A stretch of 64,000 bases of DNA from the NCBI GenBank assembly GCA_027493945.1, contig JAOSJU010000003.1:22078-86077 (forward strand), read 5' to 3'. The position numbers and the translations under genes were made by a program. Origin of the DNA: Burkholderiaceae bacterium. GTDB taxonomy: Bacteria; Pseudomonadota; Gammaproteobacteria; Burkholderiales; Burkholderiaceae_E. How positions within the stretch are numbered: the stretch's first letter is position 1; the number at the start of each line of letters is the position of its first letter. The notes under the pieces were generated by a model. The model was not told where the DNA came from. It ran no database searches and was given only the letters and a program-made list of their open reading frames with translations. This document shows, piece after piece, positions 41,734 to 50,713 of this stretch.

Positions 41734-43455
41734 TCAGCTCAGGCCCCAGACCGTGGACAGGTACTTCCAGTTGACGAAGTAGTACAGCACGAAGGCCACC
41801 AGGAAGACCAGCGCGAACACGAAGGTGCCCGGCACGCCGAAGCCGCCGCCATGGCCACCGTGGCCGGTGAGTGCCGCCTGCACCGGCAGGCGCAGCGGCA
41901 CGACCTTGGTGGAGTAGGAACCCGCGTCGAGCTTCTTGCCGAACAGGATCGTGCCGACCGTGATCAGGATGTACATCCCCCCGCCCACGACCGCGATGAC
42001 ACCGGCCACGCCGAAGATCGCGATCATCAGCAGCGCGGTGCCCGGGTACTCGTAGGGCAGCGCGGCGCCGGCGAAGGTGATGTCCCAGTGGCGGCGCGGC
42101 ACGCCGAGAGTTCCGGCGCCCATCATCGCCAGCGTGAACACGCCCATGCCCAGGCCGAAGATGTACGGCTGCAGCTTCGCCCATCCTGGCAGGATGATCT
42201 CGCGGTTGAACAGCGTGGGCAGCAGGAAGTAGGTGAGCGACATGAACGCCAGCGTCGTGCCGATCACGACCGTGGCGTGGAAGTGCCCCGGCACGTAGAT
42301 CGTGTTGTGGATGATCATGTTCAGCTGCTCGGTGCCCATCATCACGCCCGAGATGCCGCCGAGGAAGCCGAAGCCCACCAGGGACATGAACATCCCCGAG
42401 AACACCGGATTGCCCCACGGCGCCTTGCGCAGCCACTCGAACAGGCCTTTGGTGTAGCCCTTCTCGCGCTGGGCGGCCTCGATCGCGCCCGGCACCGTGA
42501 GGCCGTGCAGCATCGAGGCGAGCACCGCCAGGTACATCGCATAGCTGGTGTTGAAGATCTTCCACTCGGTGCCCACCGCCGGGTCGGCCAGGATGTGGTG
42601 CGCCGAGGCCAGCTGCAGGAACAGGATGTACAGCAGGAACGCGGAGCGGCTGACCCGCTCGGACATCGGCTTGGCGCCGAAGACGATCGCGGCGATCGCG
42701 TACCAGACCGCGATGTGCGCCGACACGTTGATCTGCTGCGACGAGTGACCGAAGGCCCACCAGATCACCCGGTACATCGCCGGGTCGATGTGCTTGATGT
42801 AGCCCACCGACCAGAGGAACGTGGGGATCAGGATGATCGCGCCCGAGGCGATCGTGAAGATCGCGATGATGCAGGCCGTGAGCGCCCCGAAGGTGACCAG
42901 CGGCACCGACCCCTCGTAGGTCTTCTCGGCCTTGGCCACGACCAGCGTGCCCAGGAAGATGAAGCAGCCGATCAGCGCGCCGACCGCGAACAGGATCAGC
43001 CCGAGGTAGAACGCCGGGTGCGCGGGCATCGGCACGTACGAGGTCATCATCACCGTCGCGTTGCCGCTGAAGATCGCCGCGTTGAACGTCAGCGTGCCGA
43101 TCACCATCAGCGCCCAGGCGAGCCACGCCAGCTTGGGCGTGGCCAGCCGGCATCGCAACAGCGTGGACGAGCAGAAGTACAGGATCGCGATCTCGAAGAA
43201 GATGATCCAGACCACGAGCATGTCGAGGCCGTGGGCCGTGAGGTACAGGTAGAAGTTGTCGGCGTCGATCAGGTGGATCGCCTGCCAGCGCGTGAGCGTG
43301 ATCAGCAGCGCGAGGATGCCGCCGATCAGCAGCGCGACGACGGCCGCGACCGCGTTGAGCTTGATCAGCGACTCGGCCGACTTGTGGAACTGCAACCCCG
43401 TGCGGGGGCAGATTCGGTACTGGGCTTCAGCGGTTGCCATGATTCCCCCGATCAC
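41734..43455 (-). CDS. Heme-copper oxidoreductase subunit I, B-family-derived, eNOR-type (Tyr->Gln)
   Basis: LTAHG, WAFGHSSQQIN (Gln at His+4), SAHH, PGHFH, GVPRR. Start could be 43440. Confidence 0.88.
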   Translation of the reverse strand: MIGGIMATAEAQYRICPRTGLQFHKSAESLIKLNAVAAVVALLIGGILALLITLTRWQAIHLIDADNFYLYLTAHGLDMLVVWIIFFEIAILYFCSSTLLRCRLATPKLAWLAWALMVIGTLTFNAAIFSGNATVMMTSYVPMPAHPAFYLGLILFAVGALIGCFIFLGTLVVAKAEKTYEGSVPLVTFGALTACIIAIFTIASGAIILIPTFLWSVGYIKHIDPAMYRVIWWAFGHSSQQINVSAHIAVWYAIAAIVFGAKPMSERVSRSAFLLYILFLQLASAHHILADPAVGTEWKIFNTSYAMYLAVLASMLHGLTVPGAIEAAQREKGYTKGLFEWLRKAPWGNPVFSGMFMSLVGFGFLGGISGVMMGTEQLNMIIHNTIYVPGHFHATVVIGTTLAFMSLTYFLLPTLFNREIILPGWAKLQPYIFGLGMGVFTLAMMGAGTLGVPRRHWDITFAGAALPYEYPGTALLMIAIFGVAGVIAVVGGGMYILITVGTILFGKKLDAGSYSTKVVPLRLPVQAALTGHGGHGGGFGVPGTFVFALVFLVAFVLYYFVNWKYLSTVWGLS

Positions 43456-43991
43456 TTGACGTAGAGCCGCGAGACCATCTTGTGATGGCCGATGCCGCAG
43501 AATTCATTGCAGACGATCGCGTACTGTCCCGAGCGGTTCGGCGTGATGGTCACGACGTGCTGGTAACCGGGCAGCACCTGGATGTTGATGTTCTCGGGCT
43601 GCAGCGAAAAGCCGTGCTGGTAGTCCATGGCGCTGAGGTTGAGCCGGTAGGTCTTGCCCTTCTCGAGCTCGAGGATCGGCCACCAGTCCCAGAGGCGGGC
43701 GATCAGGTAGACGTCGCTGCCGGCCGGCGGCGCGACCACGGGCACCTTGTTCTCGCCTTCTTCGCGCACCTTGTACTTGTCCACCATGTCCTGGGTGGCC
43801 TTGGCGAACAACTCGGGCTTGACCTTGTAGGTTTCCGGCGAGAGGTTCTGCTTACCGAACACGTGCCAGTAAGGCATCATGAAGAACATGATCATGCACC
43901 AGACGAAGGCGATCACGACCCAGAGGATCTCGATCTTGTCGACCGGTTGCTTCCACCAGATGCGATGCTGCGGGGGCAGTATGGCGCTCAC
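43452..43991 (-). CDS. Heme-copper oxidoreductase subunit II (CuA, single TM)
   Basis: DYQHGF...CNEFCGIGHHKM CuA motif; one TM as in the B family. Confidence 0.92.
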   Translation of the reverse strand: MSAILPPQHRIWWKQPVDKIEILWVVIAFVWCMIMFFMMPYWHVFGKQNLSPETYKVKPELFAKATQDMVDKYKVREEGENKVPVVAPPAGSDVYLIARLWDWWPILELEKGKTYRLNLSAMDYQHGFSLQPENINIQVLPGYQHVVTITPNRSGQYAIVCNEFCGIGHHKMVSRLYVK

Positions 43992-44018
43992 GTTTTTCTC
44001 CAGGTTGCTCGCGAACGA

Positions 44019-44201
44019 TCACTTGGCCAGCGGCGTGACCGGCACTCCCGCGATCTCCATCACTCCCCAGAGGATGTAGAAAACGGTCGGGATCGTGATG
44101 CCCAGGAACAGCAGCAGGAAGGGGTTGTCGAGAATCTGCTGCATCACGGGGATGCGTTCTTCTTCCTGCTTTTCGGCCTGCGGTCGACCCTGGTCAGCCA
44201 T
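44019..44201 (-). CDS. Small single-TM subunit (subunit IIa-like)
   Basis: 60 aa, QILDNPFLLLFLGITIPTVFYILWGVMEI; first gene of the operon; GGAG-like RBS. Confidence 0.7.
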   Translation of the reverse strand: MADQGRPQAEKQEEERIPVMQQILDNPFLLLFLGITIPTVFYILWGVMEIAGVPVTPLAK

Positions 44202-44282
44202 GGCAGCTCCCTTCCCTGTCGAAAGATTGGTAACGGATTCGGTAACGCCGGCCATCATGGTTGGCCGCACCATGCACCCGCC

Positions 44283-44296
44283 TTGACGCGCATCAA
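44283..44296. promoter_or_regulatory. FNR/DNR/NnrR-type binding box
   Basis: TTGAC-GCGC-ATCAA, 9/10 match to TTGAT-N4-ATCAA, in the divergent intergenic region. Confidence 0.8.
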
Positions 44297-44514
44297 AGGT
44301 AACCCGGTTGTGGCGCCGCGGCAATCCACAAACTGCTGCGGTGCGCGATCGCGCGGCGGAAATGTCGCTTCCGCGTCGCCATGCGCTTGCAATGGCGCCG
44401 CGTTGCCGCTAGGTTCCGCATGTTTTTCCGCATGTTCTTCGCGCCGTGAGCGGCCCGCGCCGCTGCCGGCCTGCGCTGTGCCCGGCGCGCCGCCGGGCCT
44501 CACGGAGATATACG

Positions 44515-46420
44515 TTGCTCAAGAAACTCCAGGGCTTCCTGCAGTGGTTCTTCCTGCGGATGGAGGCCGTCGGCAACCGGGTGTTCGGCGACCGGCTGAA
44601 CCCGATGTACTACCTCGGCGCGACCAGCTACTGGATGTTCTGGATCGTCGTCGCCAGCGGCCTGTACGTCTACGTGTTCTACGAGACCGGCGTCGACAAG
44701 ACCTACGCATCGATGGAGTCGATCACCCACGGCCAGTGGTGGGCCGGCGGCATCATGCGCAGCGTGCACCGCTACGCCTCGGACGCGATGGTGCTCACGA
44801 TGCTGCTGCACATGACGCGCCACTTCGCGTTCGACCGCTATCGCAGCTTCCGCGCCTTCTCGTGGGTCACCGGGGTGATCGTCCTCTGGCTGGTCTACGT
44901 GTCGGGGGTCAACGGCTTCATGCTGCCCTGGGACAAGCTGGCGCAGTTCGTGGTGATCGGCACCACCGAGTGGCTCGACTCGCTGCCGGTGTTCAACGGC
45001 ATCCTGACGCGCAACTTCATCACCCCCGAGGCGATCACCGACCGGCTGTTCTCGCTGCTGTCGTTCCTGCACATCGGCATCCCGCTGGTGGTCATGCTGG
45101 CACTGTGGGTGCACACCCAGCGCGTGCCACGCGCCGCGCAGATGCCGCCGCGCCGGCTCGCCTACGGCCTGGTGGCGATGCTGCTGGTGCTCGCGCTGGC
45201 CAAGCCGGTGGTGAGCCAGGCGCCCGCCGACTTCCACACCGCGCCGACGACGCTGGACTTCGACTGGTTCTACCTCACCGTCTACCCGCTGATCTACGCC
45301 CGGGATCCGCTCGAGCTGTGGATCGCCTGTGCCGGCGTCACCGTGCTGCTGATGGCAATGCCGTGGCTGCCGCCGGCACGCACCGGCAAGGGCCAGGCCT
45401 ATCACCTGACCGCGCACCCGGGCCGCCAGTGGCGCGCCGGTACGCGCCGGCGAGACGCTGCTCGACGCGGGCCTGCGCGCCGGCATCGCGCTGCCCTACG
45501 AGTGTCGCTCGGGCGGCTGCGGCGTGTGCAAGGCGACCATGATCGGCGGCCAGGTCGAGATGTCCGGCTACCAGCCCAGCGCGCTCTCCGAAGAGGAGCG
45601 CCGCGCGGGCCGCATCCTGCTGTGCTGTGCGCGCGCCCTCTCCGACGTGGAGTTCGAATACGAGGAAGACGCCGCGGCGCGCGGCACGCAGGTGGCCACC
45701 TACGAAGCCCGCGTGGAGCGGCTCGAGCGGCTCGCACACGACGTGATGCTGGTCGCACTGAGGCTGCCCGAAGGCCGCAGGATCGACTTCGAGGCCGGCC
45801 AGTACCTGAACGTGGTGCTCGAGGACGGCGCGCGGCGCAGCTACTCGTTCACCACGCCCTCGGCGTCCACCGACCTGGTCGAGCTGCACGTGCGCCTGAT
45901 GCCGGGCGGGCGCTTCACCACGCGCGTGTTCGAATCGATGAAGGTGGGCGACCCGCTCACCTTCGAGGGGCCGGTGGGCTCCTTCGTGCTGCACGAGCCG
46001 AGTGACAAGCCGCTGATCTTCGTGGCCGGCGCCACCGGCTTCGCGCCGGTCAAGAGCCTGCTCGAACAGGCCTTCCGCATGGGCATCGAGCGGCCGCTGC
46101 ACCTCTACTGGGGCGTGCGCCGGCGCCGCGACCTGTACCTGACCGAACTGCCGCAGCAGTGGGCCCGCGAGCACCCGAACTTCCACTTCGTGCCGGTATT
46201 GTCCGAGCCGGCGCCGGAAGACGAATGGACCGGCCGCATGGGGCTCGTTCACGAGGCGATCCTGACGGACTTCCCCGATCTGTCGGGCTTCTCGGTCTAC
46301 GCCTGCGGCTCGGTGCGCATGGTCGAGGCGGCGCGCCCCGCCTTCGTCGCACAGGGCCTGCACGAAGACGCCTGCTTCTCGGACGCGTTCATTCCTGCCG
46401 GCGGAACCACGACGCCGTAG
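44515..46420 (+). CDS. Cytochrome b-like / [2Fe-2S] ferredoxin / FAD-NAD(P)H reductase fusion (frameshift near 45430)
   Basis: TTG start after GGAG; SVHRYASD...LH and FLH...WVH; after the indel GETLLDAGL...ECRSGGCGVCK...LLCC, AGQY, RSYS, AGATGFAP, YACGS. Confidence 0.83.
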
Positions 46421-46701
46421 CCGCGGGCCGCAGACGGCGCGCGGCACGCCTCCCGATCCCGACGCCTTCCGGTCGTCCCGGCGCGCGCGTCCGATCGTTG
46501 CTTCAGTGATACGCACGCGGGCGCCCCCCGCCCGAAGCCGGGGCGTCTGCCATGAGTTTGCTAGAATTCGGCCTTCGATCGGCAATCCAGTGCGGGTTAA
46601 CACCTACGGGTTCCACCCGAGCCACGCCCGGACGCGATGGCGGACCGCCGAGCGACGAAGCTGAATCCCTCAGTGCTTTCCTTCCGGGAACGAACCACAT
46701 C

Positions 46702-47046
46702 ATGAAGAAATCGCTGCTCCTCGCCTCGATCATCGTCGTCACCACGGCCGCCTGCGGCAAGAAGGAAGAGGCGCCTGCCCCGGCGCCCGCCCCGGCGCCG
46801 GCCACCACCGCTCCGGCCCCCGCCCCGGCCGAGGCTGCGAAGGAAGCCGCTGGCGCGGCGGTCGACACTGCCAAGGAAGCCGCCGAGAAGACCGGCGAAG
46901 CCGTGAAGGAAGGCGCGACCGCCGCGGTCGAGGCCACCAAGGACGCCGCCGGCGCCACGGTCGACGCCGCCAAGGAAGCTGCCGACAAGGCTGCGCAGGC
47001 CGCCAAGGAAGCCGCCGACAAGGCCGCCGAAGCCGCGAAGAAGTAA
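46702..47046 (+). CDS. Ala/Lys/Glu-rich lipoprotein with 11-mer repeats
   Basis: Lipobox TAAC, (PA)n linker, six 11-aa AA..A.xAKE repeats. Confidence 0.8.
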   Translation: MKKSLLLASIIVVTTAACGKKEEAPAPAPAPAPATTAPAPAPAEAAKEAAGAAVDTAKEAAEKTGEAVKEGATAAVEATKDAAGATVDAAKEAADKAAQAAKEAADKAAEAAKK

Positions 47047-47126
47047 GTCGCGCGATACGCGACGCTTCGCACGCACGGCCGGCGCGAGCCGGCCGCGCGC
47101 GGCCGGGCCCGAGTGCCCGGCCTGCC

Positions 47127-47158
47127 AAAACCGGCCCTTGCGGCCGGTTTCTGTTTTT
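47127..47158. terminator. Probable bidirectional rho-independent terminator
   Basis: AAAA-CCGGCC-cttgc-GGCCGG-TTTCTGTTTTT between convergent genes. Confidence 0.75.
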
Positions 47159-47159
47159 C

Positions 47160-47954
47160 TCAGACCGCGATCCAGTCGACGCCGCGGTCCTGGTCGGCCA
47201 CCCGGATCATTTCGTCGGCGCCCGGTTCCAGCGCCGAGGCGAGCGCCTCGCGGGCCAGTTCGGGACGGTTGTTGTGGCGGCTCAGGTGCGCGGCCACGAC
47301 GGTGCGCAGCCGCGAGCGGTCGATCGACGCGAGGATGCGCGCCGCCTCGCGGTTGTCGAGGTGCCCCCAGGCTCCGGCGATGCGGCGCTTGAGCACGGGC
47401 GGGTAGCGCGGATTGTCGGCGAGCAGTTGCCCGTCATGGTTGCATTCGAGCACCAGCGCGTCCAGCCGCGCGAGCGCGCGCACCACGTACGGCGTGCCCT
47501 GCCCGAGGTCGGTGAGCACGCCGAGGCGACGCCGCCCGTCGTCGATCACGTACTGCACCGGTTCGCGGGCGTCGTGGGGCACCGGCACGGGCTCGATGCG
47601 CAGCCCGGCGCAGTCGAAGTGCGCATGAGAGTCGAACACGCGCAGCAAGGGCTCGACCTCGCCGGCCGCATCGGGCATCGCGGCGGCCGCCCGCAGCGTG
47701 CCATGCGTGAGGTGCACCGGGATGCCGTGCGCGCGTGCCAGCCTGAACACGCCGCCGATGTGGTCGGCGTGCTCGTGGGTCACCAGGATCGCATCGAGCT
47801 GCCCGGGCTCGATACCCGCGCCACGCAGCCGGCGCTCGGCCTCGCGCCGACCGAAGCCGCAGTCGACCAGCACCCGCGTGACGCGGATGCCGTCGCTGCT
47901 TTCGATCAGCAGCGCGTTGCCTTCGCTGCCGCTGCCCAGGCTCGCGAAGCGCAC
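47160..47954 (-). CDS. MBL-fold hydrolase (YycJ/WalJ-like)
   Basis: MRFASLGSGSEGNA, THEHADH, PHDAREP, LECNHD, AHLSRHNN. Confidence 0.88.
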   Translation of the reverse strand: MRFASLGSGSEGNALLIESSDGIRVTRVLVDCGFGRREAERRLRGAGIEPGQLDAILVTHEHADHIGGVFRLARAHGIPVHLTHGTLRAAAAMPDAAGEVEPLLRVFDSHAHFDCAGLRIEPVPVPHDAREPVQYVIDDGRRRLGVLTDLGQGTPYVVRALARLDALVLECNHDGQLLADNPRYPPVLKRRIAGAWGHLDNREAARILASIDRSRLRTVVAAHLSRHNNRPELAREALASALEPGADEMIRVADQDRGVDWIAV

Positions 47955-47961
47955 CGCACCG

Positions 47962-49113
47962 TCACCGCAGCTGCTCTCGCAGCAGCACGAGAATTCGCTC
48001 GGCCGTGCGCTGGTCGACCTCGCCGACCGGCTTGCCGTCGGCAGCGAGCACGCTCACCCGGCTGCTGTTCTCGCCGCTGCCTTCGATCCGGATGCGGAAC
48101 TGCCGGCTCGCGTCGGCACGCGGCTTCGCCGAACCGAAGATGCGCGAGAAGAAGCCGGGCTTTTCAGCGACGCGGCCACCCTCGACCTCGGGATCGATGT
48201 AGCGGACGAAGTACAGGCCTTGCGCGCGGTCGCGGTCTTCGACGGTGAAGCCGCCGCGGTCGAGCGCCAGTCCGACGCGGCGCCAGGCGCGCTCGAAACC
48301 CTCGTCGACGTCGAGCGCCTGCGTTCCCCCGCTGACGGCGAGCCGCGCGTGATCGCTCGCGACGGCGGCTGCGGCCGTGGTGGGCGCGGCCTCGGAGGGA
48401 CCGAACTTCAGCATCAGGCGCCGCAGGAACTCGGCCTCGAGCTCGGGATCGCTCGGCCTCGGCTGCCAGGCGGTGTTGTCCTGCGCCGACGAGGTATAGA
48501 CCTCGATCATGCCGCGGTGGCTGATGTAGACCTCGGTCTTGCCGTTGGCCGACTCGAGGCGCGTGCGGAACTTGTCGCGCTCGCCGGTGGAGTAGAGGTT
48601 GTCGAATGCGCGGCCGATGGTCGAGCGGATGAAGTCCAGCGGCAGCTTCGCGCGGTTCTCGGCCCAGTCGGTTTCCATGATGCCGGTTTCGGGCGAGGCG
48701 GTCTTGATCACGAAACCGTTGTCCTGCCAGAAATCGCGCAACACCGCCCAGACCTTCTCGGGCGGCAGCTCGACCACCAGCCAGCGCTGCGAGCCGTCGC
48801 GCTCGAGGTGCGCGCCCGGCACCTTGGGCAGCACCGCGGCGCTGGCAACCGGCGCCGCGCGCTCGGCGGCGCGCGCGCTCTCGTAGGTGGAGGCGGTGCG
48901 CTTGCTGCGCTCGGGCACCGCGAAGCGGTTGTCGGCCGCCGGTTTCGTCAGATCGGGCGGCACGTCGAGCGAGGGCCCCTTCGTGGCCGACTTGTATTCG
49001 ATCCGGCTCGCCTCGTCGATCGTGTCGCCGATTGCGCAGGCGCCCAGCGCGGCGGCCAGCGCCGGGATCGCGGCCGCGCGCAGCGCGCGCGCGGCGACCG
49101 CACGGAATTGCAT
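47962..49113 (-). CDS. bamC: Outer membrane protein assembly factor BamC (NlpB/DapX)
   Basis: Lipobox LGAC, LDVPPDL, GIMETDWAENRAK; immediately downstream of dapA. Confidence 0.9.
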   Translation of the reverse strand: MQFRAVAARALRAAAIPALAAALGACAIGDTIDEASRIEYKSATKGPSLDVPPDLTKPAADNRFAVPERSKRTASTYESARAAERAAPVASAAVLPKVPGAHLERDGSQRWLVVELPPEKVWAVLRDFWQDNGFVIKTASPETGIMETDWAENRAKLPLDFIRSTIGRAFDNLYSTGERDKFRTRLESANGKTEVYISHRGMIEVYTSSAQDNTAWQPRPSDPELEAEFLRRLMLKFGPSEAAPTTAAAAVASDHARLAVSGGTQALDVDEGFERAWRRVGLALDRGGFTVEDRDRAQGLYFVRYIDPEVEGGRVAEKPGFFSRIFGSAKPRADASRQFRIRIEGSGENSSRVSVLAADGKPVGEVDQRTAERILVLLREQLR

Positions 49114-49115
49114 CG

Positions 49116-49994
<879 letters not shown>

Positions 49995-50021
49995 GGCTGG
50001 TCGCTTGCAAAAACCTGCATT

Positions 50022-50591
50022 CTATCCGAGCACGCGCATCCCCTCGGGACCGGCGGCGCGCGTCGCGCAGACGCGCTGCACGACGGCCGACCGCGGCTGC
50101 GCGAGCAGCCCGTGCTCGTAGGCCAGCACCGCCAGCCCGGCGCTGCGGCAGCGCTGCAGCAGCTCGCCCGGAGCGAGCAGGAACGCCGGGTTCGACGGCT
50201 TGCCGAAGCGCTCGTTGCCCTGCGCGAAGGTCTCGTAGACGAGCAGGCCGCCGGGCGCGACCAGTGCGGCCAGCAGCGCGAAACGCGCGCGAAACAGGTA
50301 GTTCGCCACGACCACCGCATCGAAGCGCTCCTGCCCGAACGGCCACTCGCCGCCCTCCGGGTCGGCCACGCGCGTGACGATGCCCTCGCCCGGGCGGGCC
50401 AGCGCCGCCGCATCGCGATCGATCGCGGTCACTCGCAGGCCCGGGCGCCGTGCCTCCAGCGCGTGCCGGCCCGAGCCGGCGGCGAAGTCGAGCACGCTCG
50501 CGCCGGCCGGCACCTCCGCGAGCCAGCGACGCACCCACGGCGACGGCGCGGCGGGCGCGGCAGGGTGCGGGATCGCTGGCAAGGTGGACAT
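50022..50591 (-). CDS. Class I SAM-dependent methyltransferase
   Basis: PSPWV, LDFAAGSGRH, NYLFR, YETFAQGN...GKPSNP; commonly found upstream of dapA. Confidence 0.85.
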   Translation of the reverse strand: MSTLPAIPHPAAPAAPSPWVRRWLAEVPAGASVLDFAAGSGRHALEARRPGLRVTAIDRDAAALARPGEGIVTRVADPEGGEWPFGQERFDAVVVANYLFRARFALLAALVAPGGLLVYETFAQGNERFGKPSNPAFLLAPGELLQRCRSAGLAVLAYEHGLLAQPRSAVVQRVCATRAAGPEGMRVLG

Positions 50592-50713
50592 ATTCCTCGG
50601 CTCCGGGCGGGGCGATCCGCTACATTACGCTCGATCACACCCGGAGAGCGACGATCGAACCGCTGGCCGCCTCACCGAGTTTCCGGCTGCCTTCGCGCAG
50701 CCTCGCTGCCTGC

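Noticed and set aside
36382-43455. Calling the oxidase cbb3-type or an ordinary ba3 oxygen reductase
   Set aside because: No ccoO/ccoP c-type cytochromes, subunit II has CuA, and the active-site Tyr is absent.
45420-45445. Programmed frameshift between the cyt b and reductase domains
   Set aside because: No slippery heptamer; the high background of indel errors in this window is a simpler explanation.
38299-46420. Cytochrome bc1 complex or hydrogenase
   Set aside because: No Rieske protein, cyt c1, PEWY motif or NiFe large subunit; only cyt b-like and MvhD-like domains.
46503-46700. Possible riboswitch or sRNA upstream of the lipoprotein gene
   Set aside because: No recognisable aptamer consensus or convincing stems by eye; cannot be supported without a covariance search.
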